From contig CALWEZ010000029.1 in the NCBI GenBank assembly GCA_944377455.1, positions 1,907-65,906 on the forward strand: DNA of 64,000 nucleotides, written 5' to 3'. The position numbers and the translations under genes were made by a program. Below the pieces are notes generated by a model. That model worked only from the letters and a program-made list of their open reading frames with translations. It ran no database searches and had not been told where the DNA came from. Source of the DNA: an uncultured Clostridia bacterium (GTDB lineage: Bacteria > Bacillota > Clostridia > Christensenellales > UBA1242). Positions 37,121-47,021 of this stretch are shown one piece after another. Each line of letters opens with the position of its first letter. Position 1 is the stretch's first letter.

Positions 37121-37252
37121 TTGGTTGAAGGCTAATGAATAGCATAGAGGCAAAGGAGGAATATAGCAGAAATTTTTTGCAAGGATTTTGCTTTGTACAT
37201 TCCTACATAAAAATAAAGGCTGTTAGGTAATTGATTTTGAAACTACTATAAT

Positions 37253-37289
37253 AAAAACACTTTAACAACAAAAGTTAAGGTGTTTTTTA
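37253..37289. terminator. hairpin terminator between the HD gene and tRNA-Leu
   Basis: Stem CACTTTAAC (37258-37266) / GTTAAGGTG (37274-37282) with one G-U pair, an A5 run before and a T6 run after. Confidence 0.6.
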
Positions 37290-37443
37290 TTATAATCATT
37301 AGCACAAATCAAGAAGAAGGTTGTTGCGAATGTTCCATTGCAATCGCAATTTTCTTTGCCACAATTGCATTCCAACATATTTACATTTATTGCTTTACTT
37401 GTTCTTATTCCGCTTGCATTGTAAGTGTACTTTGCTTTAAAGT

Positions 37444-37529
37444 TGGTGCTGGTGGTGGGGGTCGAACCCACATGAAGTTGCCCTCGCGGGATTTTGAGTC
37501 CCGTGCGTCTGCCATTCCGCCACACCAGC
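37444..37529 (-). tRNA. tRNA-Leu (anticodon CAA), CCA encoded
   Basis: The reverse complement is GCTGGTGTGGCGGAATGGCAGACGCACGGGACTCAAAATCCCGCGAGGGCAACTTCATGTGGGTTCGACCCCCACCACCAGCACCA. It has a 7-bp acceptor stem GCTGGTG/CACCAGC, an anticodon loop CTCAAAA, a long variable arm and a GGTTCGA T-loop. Confidence 0.9.
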
Positions 37530-37554
37530 ATAAATATTTAAGTTATTATTTAAG

Positions 37555-37582
37555 TTTATAGTTTATCATTTTCTTGTCGCAA
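37555..37582 (-). promoter_or_regulatory. possible tRNA-Leu promoter TTGCGA-16-TATAAA
   Basis: The minus strand has TTGCGA (37582-37577) and TATAAA (37560-37555), about 25 nt upstream of the mature tRNA 5' end. Confidence 0.35.
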
Positions 37583-37711
37583 CGCTTAAAGTTTAACATA
37601 TTTGCTTGATTTTTGCAAGCATTTTTTATTTATTTTTATATTTATGTGCATTTTCTCTTGATTATTTTAAGGAAAGTTTATATAATATTATTGAAAAATA
37701 GGTAAAACAAA

Positions 37712-40066
37712 ATGATATTTAAGAAGTTTTTTAATCAAAATTCTGCTCTTGTTAAGGAATATGCAGAAAAATTTAATGTTTTACCGTCAACGATGTATTT
37801 GATTTTGTCACGTGGGCTTGCGAGCGAGGAAGAAATAAAGGAATACCTATCGGTTGGGAAACTTTTAGACTCGTTCTTAATTAAAGGCATGAAAGAACTT
37901 TGCGAAAGGATAAAACTAGCAAAAGAATTAGGCGATAGGGTTCTCATATTTGGCGATTACGATGTTGACGGTATCAGTGCAACGGCTATCATGCTGAAAA
38001 CGCTGAAAAGGTTAGGAATTGATGCGTCCTTTTACTTACCAAATCGCTACGAGGACGGATATGGTTTATCACGCGAGGTGATTGACAAGATTGAGAAGAA
38101 GTTTTGTCCAGACCTTATCATCACGGTCGACTGTGGTATTTCGTGTCATGATGAAGTGGAGTATTGCAAGCAAAAGGGGATAGACATCATCATAACAGAC
38201 CACCACGAAATTCCGGATATTTTGCCTGGGACTTTGGTGCTTAACGCAAAAATCAAGGGGCAGGACTATCCTTTTACTGAGATTTGCGGAACAGGCATGG
38301 CGTATAAGATTTCGGAGGCGCTACTCGGGCAGAAAAAGGCGGAGGAATTTTTGCCAATCGCGGCGATTGCCACCATTGCCGACATTGTTTCGTTGACGGG
38401 CGAGAATAGAAACATCGTTAAGCGTGGATTTCTATGCTTCGACAAACTGCCGATAGGGCTTAAGCAACTTTTCAAAGAGAACAAGGTGTCATTATCCAAT
38501 CCTTCAGCAAGCGACATCGCCTTTAAGATTGCGCCAAAAATCAATTCGGCTGGCAGAATGGGCAGGGCTGAAGATAGTTTGAAACTTTATATGAGCGAAG
38601 ATATGGTGGAGATTAAGGCGTATCTTCAAAGGATAAATAGGCATAATCAAAAGCGTCAGGAACTTTCTTCAAGCATTATGGAAGATGCGGAAAAGGCGAT
38701 TAAGAAGATGGATTTATCTAAGACGCGCGTCATCACTTTGGCATCGAAGAAGTGGGATCAGGGCGTGCTTGGAATTGCGTGTGCAAGACTTGTGGAAGAG
38801 TATAACCGACCTGTCTTTTTGTTTTCGCAAGTGGGCGATGTTTTGCACGGCTCAGGGCGAAGCATTGACGACATCAACATCCACGAATTGCTCTCTTCCA
38901 TGTCGGATATTTTAGAGACCTTTGGTGGTCACACCATGGCGGCAGGACTCACACTTAAAAGAGAGAACTATGAGGAGTTTTCTAAACGCGTCAACGCTTT
39001 CGTCTTTCAAAATATCAACGACGATGTGTTTATTCCAATCAAATATTACGACCTCGACATCAAACTTGAAGAGATTGACGATAGGTTTTTAAGCGAACTT
39101 AAACTTTTGGAGCCATACGGATGCGAAAATCCAAAACCAAAATTTAGAATAAATGCCGAGAAGATTGAACTTTTGCCGATGAAGTATTGTCCTCAACATT
39201 GCAACATTAAAATTGGAGATTTGCAACTTGTCTATTTCAATTTTGCTAAGAATTTTAATGCTCTTTTCTTCTCAAGATACAAGTCCTTCATATTTGAGTT
39301 TCAAGGGCAGGGTAAAAGCGGAAATGTTTCCTATTTTGATGCGGGCGGTTTCATAATTGAGAACGCCAACACCTACACGTATCCTGTGCAGTTTGAAGAA
39401 CTCTATTATGACAATGTCGAAAGTTTAGATTTTGCTTATTATCCGCCAAACGAACTTTTGAACTTTGTGGCAGGCACGGAGAAGAGCGTGTATGGCACGG
39501 CGTTTGTCACCTTTGACGCCTATGAATATGTCGCTTTTTCGCGAAATTACTCAAAGGAAAATATCTTCCACATGGGCATATATGACCAAAACCTTATAGG
39601 TTACAACAGTTTGCTTTTAGCGCCACATGGCGTGGAGTGGGCGAAGAATTTTGAAAAGATTGTCTTTTTGTCTCCTGTGCTTGACAGTGGCTATCTAAGC
39701 GAGATAAAGAAAGTGACAAATGCGGAGATTTATCTTCCAACCGAAATTAAAGAGGATAAGAATAGGTTTAGAAATGTCAATTTGTCGCGAGAAAGTTTTG
39801 CTAAGGTCTTTAAGGCGCTTATCTCTCGCGGTGGGCAGAAATTTTATTCGCCAGTCGACTTTTACGAATCAAAACTGAAAGGCAAGGTGACGTTTGACAC
39901 CTTCTATGTGGCGTATTTGACCTTTTTGGAGTTAGGTTTTATTAAAAAGGAAGAAGGAGATTTCTTTAGTCACGTTGAAGCCAAAAATGTTAAGAAACCG
40001 CTTGAAGAGTCGAAATTTTATAACAAACTGCAGTTATTGACGACCTTAGGCAATAAAAATCGATAA
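37712..40066 (+). CDS. recJ: single-stranded-DNA-specific exonuclease RecJ
   Basis: 784 aa with DHH family motifs (IFGDYDVDGISA, TVDCG, ITDHH) and DHHA1 (GGHTMAAG). Confidence 0.92.
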   Translation: MIFKKFFNQNSALVKEYAEKFNVLPSTMYLILSRGLASEEEIKEYLSVGKLLDSFLIKGMKELCERIKLAKELGDRVLIFGDYDVDGISATAIMLKTLKRLGIDASFYLPNRYEDGYGLSREVIDKIEKKFCPDLIITVDCGISCHDEVEYCKQKGIDIIITDHHEIPDILPGTLVLNAKIKGQDYPFTEICGTGMAYKISEALLGQKKAEEFLPIAAIATIADIVSLTGENRNIVKRGFLCFDKLPIGLKQLFKENKVSLSNPSASDIAFKIAPKINSAGRMGRAEDSLKLYMSEDMVEIKAYLQRINRHNQKRQELSSSIMEDAEKAIKKMDLSKTRVITLASKKWDQGVLGIACARLVEEYNRPVFLFSQVGDVLHGSGRSIDDINIHELLSSMSDILETFGGHTMAAGLTLKRENYEEFSKRVNAFVFQNINDDVFIPIKYYDLDIKLEEIDDRFLSELKLLEPYGCENPKPKFRINAEKIELLPMKYCPQHCNIKIGDLQLVYFNFAKNFNALFFSRYKSFIFEFQGQGKSGNVSYFDAGGFIIENANTYTYPVQFEELYYDNVESLDFAYYPPNELLNFVAGTEKSVYGTAFVTFDAYEYVAFSRNYSKENIFHMGIYDQNLIGYNSLLLAPHGVEWAKNFEKIVFLSPVLDSGYLSEIKKVTNAEIYLPTEIKEDKNRFRNVNLSRESFAKVFKALISRGGQKFYSPVDFYESKLKGKVTFDTFYVAYLTFLELGFIKKEEGDFFSHVEAKNVKKPLEESKFYNKLQLLTTLGNKNR

Positions 40067-40180
40067 AAATATTAAAGTTTCTATTCTATCTTAGACAAAG
40101 TTATTAAATTATCGCATATAATTTTAAGTTAAGTGATTGAAATTGTTCTATAATTTTGCTAAAATATCTACGGAGTAAAG

Positions 40181-42259
40181 ATGAGAGAAATTGTTATTGA
40201 TAACATTAAGAAAAATTTTAAGTTATCACCACATGAAAACAAGTTAGTTAATAGTTTGGTTGTTGAGGACATCAATCTCGACAGGCTTAACCACGTCATC
40301 GATATTATGGCAGAATATAAGATGCAGAACGAAGTTTTGATGGGATACCTACTTTTTCAGTTCTACAAAGTTAGAGAAGAGGAAGCGGAAAACTATATCG
40401 ACGAGTTGACCGCGTCGCAGAAAAAACTTTTTGAAACTTTTAAACTTCTTAGAAATGTCAACACCATCTCAAAGAGCGGTGAAGCGGAAGATATCAAGCG
40501 TATGTTTGTGGCGATATGTCAGGATATGCGTGTGGTCATCATCAAGTTTGCGACGATTGACTATGATTTGTCGCGCGTCACACTCCCTATGGATGCGGAA
40601 ACCAAAAAGTTTGTAAAAATTGTGGCGGATATTTTCTCTCCGCTCGCCGAAAGTTTGGGGCTTGGAAAATTCAAGTCATCTTTTGAAGAGAACACCTTTA
40701 AATTACTTGAACCTAAGGCGTATAACGAACTTAAAAACAATGTGCTTTTAAAGACTGACGATAACATGAAGCAGATGGAGATTGTGGAGCGTAAACTCTT
40801 CAAAATTCTTCACGAACTTGGAATTGAAGGCGAAATTCAAAAAAGGCAAAAGCATTTTTACAGCGTCTATAAAAAACTGCAAAAGAAAAACATCACGCTC
40901 GGCAAAGTCTATGACTTACTCGCCATGCGCGTGCTTGTGCCGACTGTTGAAGATTGCTATTCGGTTTTAGGTAAAATTCACGCGATATATAGACCTATCC
41001 CAGAGCGTGTGAAAGATTACATCGCGAACCCTAAGCCAAACGGTTACCAAAGTTTACACACCACCATAATTGCCGACAACAACCGACCACTCGAAATTCA
41101 AATTAGAACCTTTGATATGCATAGGCACGCGGAATATGGTATCGCTGCGCACTGGATATATAAGGAGAGAAGAAAGTCGAATAAACTCGATGCAAAGTTT
41201 GCGCGCTTCAAGGAGATTTTGGAAAATGCCAACGACCTTCCACCTGAAGAGTTTTTGGCGACCTTGAAAAGCGACCTATATGGCGAAAGCATCTTTGTGC
41301 AAACGCCGAAAGGTAAGGTTTTGGAACTGCCTGTCCACTCCACCATCATCGATTTTGCCTATGCCATTCACAGCGAGATTGGCAATAAATGCGTCGGCGG
41401 AAAAATCAATGGCAAACTTTATCCTATCACAACTGAACTCAACAACGGCGACACTGTTGAGATTATCACAAACCAAAACATCAAAGGGCCATCGCGTGAC
41501 TGGCTTAAATATGTGAAAACCTCTTCCGCTCGCTCAAAAATACGCTCCTTCTTTAAGAGTGAGTTTAAGGAAGAGAACACGCGTGTTGGAAAAAATATCT
41601 TCGAACAGGCGTTTAAGGCAAAGAATTTCAATATCACAAAGGCGGAAAAAGAGAAATACTTAAACGAAATTGCCTCGTCGTATATGATGGAGACTCCTGA
41701 AATGCTTTACGCCGAAATTGGTGGCGGAACGCTTCAGGTTAATTCTGTTATCGGCAGGCTGACCAACCTTTACTACAAAGAAAAATCAAAACAGGTCACC
41801 GAACAAATCATTGAGGTTAAGAAGAATAAGGACGGCGTGCTTGTCGACGGCGACAGCGGGCTACTTATCCGTTTTGCTGGCTGTTGCTCGCCAGTTATGG
41901 GTGATGAGATAATCGGTTACATCTCGCGCGGAAGAGGTGTGACGATACATAGGAAGGAATGTCCAAACCTTAAATATCTTGAGAAAGAAAGGCTTATCTC
42001 GGCGAAGTGGGAGCAAAATTCTGATTCGAAATACACCGCGATCATCAAGGTTGTCTCCAGCGACGCAAAGGCAAGTGACTATATAAACAACGTTGCACGC
42101 AATTTGAAACTAACTTTGAAAGGATTTTCTTCAAAAAAGGTTAAAGATGATATAATTTTTGATATAATAATTGAAGTGAAAGATAAAAGTGAGATTGACA
42201 GCGCAATTAAGACCTTTGAAAGTGTCAAAGGCGTGGAAAAAGTTTATAGGAGTGAATGA
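40181..42259 (+). CDS. relA: long RSH (p)ppGpp synthetase with apparently degenerate hydrolase domain, TGS and ACT domains
   Basis: 692 aa with the synthetase core DYIANPKPNGYQSLHTTI...EIQIRTFDMHRHAEYGIAAHWIYKE, the TGS stretch IFVQTPKGKVLELPVHSTIIDFAYAIHSEIG, and a C-terminal ACT-like region. The N-terminal region lacks the HD dyad. Confidence 0.88.
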   Translation: MREIVIDNIKKNFKLSPHENKLVNSLVVEDINLDRLNHVIDIMAEYKMQNEVLMGYLLFQFYKVREEEAENYIDELTASQKKLFETFKLLRNVNTISKSGEAEDIKRMFVAICQDMRVVIIKFATIDYDLSRVTLPMDAETKKFVKIVADIFSPLAESLGLGKFKSSFEENTFKLLEPKAYNELKNNVLLKTDDNMKQMEIVERKLFKILHELGIEGEIQKRQKHFYSVYKKLQKKNITLGKVYDLLAMRVLVPTVEDCYSVLGKIHAIYRPIPERVKDYIANPKPNGYQSLHTTIIADNNRPLEIQIRTFDMHRHAEYGIAAHWIYKERRKSNKLDAKFARFKEILENANDLPPEEFLATLKSDLYGESIFVQTPKGKVLELPVHSTIIDFAYAIHSEIGNKCVGGKINGKLYPITTELNNGDTVEIITNQNIKGPSRDWLKYVKTSSARSKIRSFFKSEFKEENTRVGKNIFEQAFKAKNFNITKAEKEKYLNEIASSYMMETPEMLYAEIGGGTLQVNSVIGRLTNLYYKEKSKQVTEQIIEVKKNKDGVLVDGDSGLLIRFAGCCSPVMGDEIIGYISRGRGVTIHRKECPNLKYLEKERLISAKWEQNSDSKYTAIIKVVSSDAKASDYINNVARNLKLTLKGFSSKKVKDDIIFDIIIEVKDKSEIDSAIKTFESVKGVEKVYRSE

Positions 42260-43668
42260 TGAAGATTGTTTGTGACAGTGAGGCTTTCCAAGTTGAGATG
42301 CAAGACCTTGTCAACTTCTTTGACCCAGAAGGTGACATGCCTTTCTTATTGCACCACAGCGACAGCGTTTTGGACAGCACACTGACAAGCAAGATTGAAG
42401 TGGAAATAAACGGAGAAAATAAAGAGTTTGTAAAATTCTTCACCATTCCTGTTGGGCTAAGTCCGCTGAGAGAGAAGAGTGTTGTGAAAGGCTTTTTCAA
42501 AAATCATCTCTATCAAGTGCTCTCTTCGCTCACAAAGAAAACGCTTCCATGGGGTTCGCTGACAGGCGTCAGACCATGCAAGTTTATGCGTGAAATGGTG
42601 GAACGCGGGGAGATTAAGGAACACATCGTGCCGGAAGTTATGATGAAGGAATATTTTGTCAGCGAAGATAAGGCAAAACTCGTCTATGAGATTATGAAAA
42701 ATCAAAAGTGCATTATAAAAAACGATAAACTTGTTGACCTTTTTATCAACATACCTATCTGTCCAACAAGGTGTAACTATTGCTCTTTCATCTCAAGCGA
42801 ACTATGCAAGGTTGCCGATAAAGTGGATACATATTTAGATTGTGTTTTAAAAGAACTTAAAGCGGTTAAGGAGTTAATTCAAGATAAGTCCTATATTGTG
42901 CGAACAATCTACATCGGTGGTGGCACGCCAACAGTGCTCTCCGCAAAGCAACTCGATAGGCTCTTAGGCGAAATCAATTATCCAGTTTCGGAGTTCACAG
43001 TGGAGTGCGGAAGAGCGGACACGATAACGCGTGAAAAATTGGAGATTTTAAAAAGGCATAATGTCAACAGAATTTCAATTAATCCTCAAACCTTTTGTGA
43101 AACCACGCTTAAAAGAATTGGAAGAAAACAGACAAACAAGCAAATTTTTGAAGCGTATATGCTTGCCATGGAATATGATTTTATCGTCAACATGGATATG
43201 ATTGCAGGCTTGCCAGGCGAGAAACTTGGTATATTCAAGCGCTCAATAAACACGCTTTTGGAACTTGCTCCGCATAACATCACGGTGCACACTTTGACGA
43301 TTAAAAATGGGGCGCCACTTAAGGAGGATAAGTCGCAGGTCTTTGAGCGAGATGTGCCAAAGATGGTGGATTATGCAGAAAAGACGTTGCAAGAGAATGG
43401 ATATAAGCCATATTACATCTATCGTCAAAAACATCAAATCGGCGGACTGGAAAATGTTGGTTACTTTAGAGATGGTCATGTGTGCATGTTTAACATTGAC
43501 AGCATGGAAGATGTCTCTTCCGTCATCGGTGTTGGCGCAGGTGCAATAAGCAAGCGCGTTTTTAACCTAGAAAACAGGCTGGAGCGTCAACCGAATTGCA
43601 AGTTTATCGAAGATTATATCTCTCGCATTGATGAGATGGTGGAAAAGAAAATAAAATTCTTTTCGTAG
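42256..43668 (+). CDS. radical SAM HemN/HemZ-family (oxygen-independent coproporphyrinogen oxidase-like) protein
   Basis: 470 aa with the CxxxCxxC motif (CPTRCNYCSF) after a ~170-aa N-terminal extension, and IYIGGGTPT. The start overlaps the relA stop. Confidence 0.7.
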   Translation: MMKIVCDSEAFQVEMQDLVNFFDPEGDMPFLLHHSDSVLDSTLTSKIEVEINGENKEFVKFFTIPVGLSPLREKSVVKGFFKNHLYQVLSSLTKKTLPWGSLTGVRPCKFMREMVERGEIKEHIVPEVMMKEYFVSEDKAKLVYEIMKNQKCIIKNDKLVDLFINIPICPTRCNYCSFISSELCKVADKVDTYLDCVLKELKAVKELIQDKSYIVRTIYIGGGTPTVLSAKQLDRLLGEINYPVSEFTVECGRADTITREKLEILKRHNVNRISINPQTFCETTLKRIGRKQTNKQIFEAYMLAMEYDFIVNMDMIAGLPGEKLGIFKRSINTLLELAPHNITVHTLTIKNGAPLKEDKSQVFERDVPKMVDYAEKTLQENGYKPYYIYRQKHQIGGLENVGYFRDGHVCMFNIDSMEDVSSVIGVGAGAISKRVFNLENRLERQPNCKFIEDYISRIDEMVEKKIKFFS

Positions 43669-43999
43669 AAAATTTAATAAAATTTGACAAAAATTGCTAT
43701 TTTTATCAAAAAAATGGCATTTTTTTGTTGTTTTTAAGAAAATTAAGGTGTTTTTACTGAGTAAAAACTAAAATTTATATAAAAGAAAGAGTTAATGCCG
43801 GCTACTTGATAGCGTAAAAATGATATAAAAATATTAGATATATAAATTCTGTTTTGTGTTTCAATATTATTTCTTTTATGTGTTTATATTTACTTTCAAA
43901 TTTAATATGACAAAAAGAGCGAAAAAAGTTCTCTTTTTGTTATTTTTTTTGAAGGCGTATGTGATTAAAATGAAATATTATGTTTATAAGCGAGGGCGG

Positions 44000-44791
44000 A
44001 TGGAGATTGTTGTTGAGTATGTGCTAATCGAAAATGTTTTGATTGACTTAATGATATTTAAGACCACATCCATGGTGCTGAAAATCAAAGGCAGATTTTT
44101 GTTTTTGATCTCTCTTTTTGCTTCTGTTGTTGCATTAATTTTGCCTATCTTTCATCTTGGAAAATTGCCACTATTTTTTATTAAAATTCTTTTAGGCATA
44201 CTTCTCACAAATATGGCTTTTAAGTTTTCTTCAATTCGCTCCTTTATTAAGGTGTTTTTGGTCTTTCTATTTTCCACTTTTTTATATGGAGGAGTTGTGG
44301 CGTTTATCGAGCAAAGTTTTGGCGAAATCGCCACGCTGATTATCTTAGGCGTTGTAACATTAACTTACCTTATCTTGAAATATCTTATAAAGTTCTTAAA
44401 TAAGCGAAAGGCGGTGCAAAATCTTTGTTACGATGTTGAACTGGAGGTTGAAGGCAAGCGTGTCAGGTGCAAGGGATTTTTGGATACTGGCAACCTTTTA
44501 GTTGACCCGCTGACAAATAGACCAGTTTCAATAATTGACTTAAATCTCTTCAGTAAAATTTTTGGGAAGGAAAAGACGATAGAACTATTGACGAAAAAGG
44601 TGGATGTTTCAAAGTTTACATTTGGGCATTTTATTCATCTTGACACTGTCGGTAAAGGCGACAAGGTTTTGACCTTTGAAATTGACAGAATGTCGGTCAG
44701 CGGAAAGGAGGTCGTTGATAAGCCAATGCTGGCATTAACTTATAAAAATTTCTCGTCATATGAGATGATTTTAAATAGTTCCTTTGTTTGA
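44000..44791 (+). CDS. spoIIGA: sigma-E processing peptidase SpoIIGA
   Basis: Start at ATG 44000 after GAGGG. Five N-terminal TM helices and the aspartic protease motif GFLDTGNLLVDPLT. It lies directly upstream of sigE. Confidence 0.88.
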   Translation: MEIVVEYVLIENVLIDLMIFKTTSMVLKIKGRFLFLISLFASVVALILPIFHLGKLPLFFIKILLGILLTNMAFKFSSIRSFIKVFLVFLFSTFLYGGVVAFIEQSFGEIATLIILGVVTLTYLILKYLIKFLNKRKAVQNLCYDVELEVEGKRVRCKGFLDTGNLLVDPLTNRPVSIIDLNLFSKIFGKEKTIELLTKKVDVSKFTFGHFIHLDTVGKGDKVLTFEIDRMSVSGKEVVDKPMLALTYKNFSSYEMILNSSFV

Positions 44792-44889
44792 TGTTTAAGT
44801 TAGTTAAAGATAAAAATTTGGAAAAAATAGGCTAAAAATGAGAAAAAATAAAGAAAAAAGCGAAAAATTGCGTTTTTTAGGAGGATTTT

Positions 44890-45618
44890 ATGAATATTTT
44901 AAGAAAAATAAAGTTATTTTTGTTTAGGCTACTGCACAAAGAAGAGTGGAGCGAAGCGCAAAATTTTGTCTTTTATATAAATGGCAAAGAGGCGTTGCCT
45001 GAGCCACTCGACAGCGAAGAAGAACTTGTTCTTTTAGAAGAAACCAAAAACGGAAGTAAGGTAGCGCGCGATAAATTAATAGAACACAACATAAGGCTTG
45101 TGGTGTATATCGCGAAGAAGTTTGAAAATAGCGGTATGGAACTTGATGACTTGATTTCGATAGGAGCGATTGGGCTTATTAAGGCGGTTAAAACGTATAG
45201 TTTAGATAAAAATATCAAACTTGCCACCTATGCCAGTCGGTGCATTGAAAATGAAATTTTGATGCAGTTAAGGAAGAACACTCGCATTAAAAGCGAAGTT
45301 AGTTTGGATGAGCCATTATCTTCTGATGGCGACGGAAATGAACTGCTACTTGCCGACATCATTCCGCTTGACGAAGATAGTGTTTCGAAGGGTGTGGAGA
45401 TGAGTTCGGACAAGCAGATACTTTTTAATGTGCTAAGTAAACTAGACATTCGCGAGCAAAAGATTATGATATACCGATTTGGACTAAATGGCGAAGAAGA
45501 AAAAACGCAAAAGGAAGTGGCGGATATTATGGGAATAAGTCAAAGTTACATTTCGCGCATAGAAAAGAAAATTTTAAACAAAATAAAGCATAAACTTGAA
45601 AAAGAAGAGATTGTTTAG
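44890..45618 (+). CDS. sigE: RNA polymerase sporulation sigma factor SigE (with pro-sequence)
   Basis: 242 aa with an N-terminal pro-peptide followed by YINGKEALPEPL, region 2 (LIEHNIRLVVYIAKKF...DLISIGAIGLIKAV) and region 4 (QKEVADIMGISQSYISRIEKK). SD AGGAGG upstream. Confidence 0.93.
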   Translation: MNILRKIKLFLFRLLHKEEWSEAQNFVFYINGKEALPEPLDSEEELVLLEETKNGSKVARDKLIEHNIRLVVYIAKKFENSGMELDDLISIGAIGLIKAVKTYSLDKNIKLATYASRCIENEILMQLRKNTRIKSEVSLDEPLSSDGDGNELLLADIIPLDEDSVSKGVEMSSDKQILFNVLSKLDIREQKIMIYRFGLNGEEEKTQKEVADIMGISQSYISRIEKKILNKIKHKLEKEEIV

Positions 45619-45815
45619 GTTTATAATAAGTTGATGTCAACGCGTATGGTTGAGCAAATGGCTTGTTGATTTTGTAAGTAAATAACCGCTAAGATAAAAT
45701 ATTGTTCTGAGCCTTGGATATTAAGAGAAAATAATAAAGTATAAAAAGGAATAAGAAGAATAAAAAATAGATTTACAAAAAAGTTGTATAAAATTTTTGT
45801 AAATGAAAATATATT

Positions 45816-45844
45816 TTGACAACGAAAGAGAAAAGTGTTATAAT
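45816..45844 (+). promoter_or_regulatory. consensus sigma-A promoter TTGACA-17-TATAAT
   Basis: TTGACA at 45816-45821 and TATAAT at 45839-45844, 18 nt upstream of ATG 45863. Confidence 0.65.
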
Positions 45845-45862
45845 AAACATGCGAGGTGAAAA

Positions 45863-46087
45863 ATGAAAAAACAAAAAGAAGATATAATCAATAAAGATAT
45901 GACAATAGGCGAGGTGCTTGAAATAGATGAAAACCTTGCCGATGTGTTTATGGGTTTTGGTATGCACTGCATATCCTGTCCAGTTAGTCAAATGGAGACA
46001 GTGGAAGAAGCGTGTCTAGTGCATGGGCTTGAAAGTGACTTTGTTTTGAAAAAACTAAATGAAAATGTTAAGAAAAAATCGAAATAA
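45863..46087 (+). CDS. DUF1858-domain (hybrid-cluster-protein-associated redox disulfide) small protein
   Basis: 74 aa. DMTIGEVLEIDENLADVFMGFGMHCISCPVSQMETVEEACLVHGL fits the DUF1858 pattern, including its CxxC. Confidence 0.7.
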   Translation: MKKQKEDIINKDMTIGEVLEIDENLADVFMGFGMHCISCPVSQMETVEEACLVHGLESDFVLKKLNENVKKKSK

Positions 46088-46379
46088 AGATAAATTTTCA
46101 GGTGATTTAAAATTTAATATTTTTTAAAATAATTTAAAATAAAAACAAAAAAATGACAAAAAATCGCAAAAAAATCAAAAAAAATCGCGATTTTTTTATT
46201 TTTACCAAAATTTTATTTATTTTTAATATTTTTTAATTTTTCTTTATTATGTTTACAATTTTAATAATTTTTATTTTGTTCGTTTTAATCTGTCTTTTCC
46301 TTTTTGCAAAAACTGTCTAATTTTGTTAGATTATTCTAATTTTTTATTTTCCACATATCGTTTTATTAAGGAGTTTGTT

Positions 46380-47021
46380 GTGGAAAATATCGCAAAGAAG
46401 GTTGTCGCTTTAAATGAAAAGAAGAGTGTGGGATATGTGCTTAAGCCTTGCATTGACTTTAAACTTTTGAAGAAGGTTGGATATATTGTTGTCGATGAAG
46501 AAAGCGAGCAGGAGTATTTTCTCAATTTTGACAATATCAAGAAAATAGATGATTGTGTGCTTATTGAAAATAGTTCGGTTTTGGAGTATGTTGGAGAGAG
46601 TGGCGAGTTTAGAAAGAGAGTGCTCTCAAATTCTGGAGAGGACTACGGCGTTATCAAAGAATATGTTTTTCAATATCGCACACTTAAAAAGATTGTGACG
46701 GACAAGTGTGAGATTAATGCGAAATTTATTTCTGATAGTGGAGAGGAAATCCTCTTTGTCTCCTTTATTCGTAGACGCAAAAAATTTCCTAGGGCGAAGA
46801 ATGAAAATATGCCTGTGAAGATTATGGAAGATAAGGAGGTGGCGCTTCCTATCGTTATCAATCTTTCGCCTAACTATTATCTTGGCAAAGTTGCGTTTGA
46901 AACACTGCTCGGCATGAACAACGAACTTATCATAAAGGAAGGCGTGAAGGTCACAAAGCAGATTTTTGATAAGGCGAAAAAACATAATAGGCTCAACGAA
47001 CTTTTCTTTATAATAAAATAG
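46380..47021 (+). CDS. hypothetical protein, possibly tandem PRC-barrel-like domains
   Basis: Start placed at GTG 46380, 6 nt after SD AAGGAG. The repeated pattern (KSVGYVLKPCIDFKLLKKVGYIVVDEE; GEDYGVIKEYVFQYRTLKKIVTD) is reminiscent of YlmC/YmxH-type PRC barrels. The assignment is weak. Confidence 0.35.
   Translation: MENIAKKVVALNEKKSVGYVLKPCIDFKLLKKVGYIVVDEESEQEYFLNFDNIKKIDDCVLIENSSVLEYVGESGEFRKRVLSNSGEDYGVIKEYVFQYRTLKKIVTDKCEINAKFISDSGEEILFVSFIRRRKKFPRAKNENMPVKIMEDKEVALPIVINLSPNYYLGKVAFETLLGMNNELIIKEGVKVTKQIFDKAKKHNRLNELFFIIK

Noticed and set aside
37262-37443. The minus-strand reading downstream of tRNA-Leu contains YTYNASGIRTSKAINV, which resembles an RHS/YD repeat. It is followed by a Cys-rich 38-codon ORF (MLECNCGKENCDCNGTFATTFFLICANDYNKKHLNFCC), which could be an RHS toxin remnant or a small peptide gene at a tRNA integration site.
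   Set aside because: - The similarity spans only about 16 residues.
- The long track ORF (37262-37531) runs through the tRNA itself.
- No SD precedes the internal ATG.
- There is no integrase and no direct repeat of the tRNA 3' end nearby.
It is too weak to call without a database search.
37602-37616. An exact 15-mer, TTGCTTGATTTTTGC, is shared by the recJ upstream region (37602-37616) and the rpoB upstream region (61194-61208).
   Set aside because: For a 64-kb AT-rich window, several exact 15-mer coincidences are expected by chance when both strands are counted. The flanks do not extend the match, and the distances to the start codons differ (110 versus 237 nt).
43669-43999. I looked for Spo0A boxes and a sigma-A promoter with a long spacer upstream of spoIIGA, as in the Bacillus spoIIG promoter.
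   Set aside because: Only one-mismatch half-sites (for example TTTGACA at about 43685) were found, and these are common in AT-rich DNA. There is no convincing arrangement.
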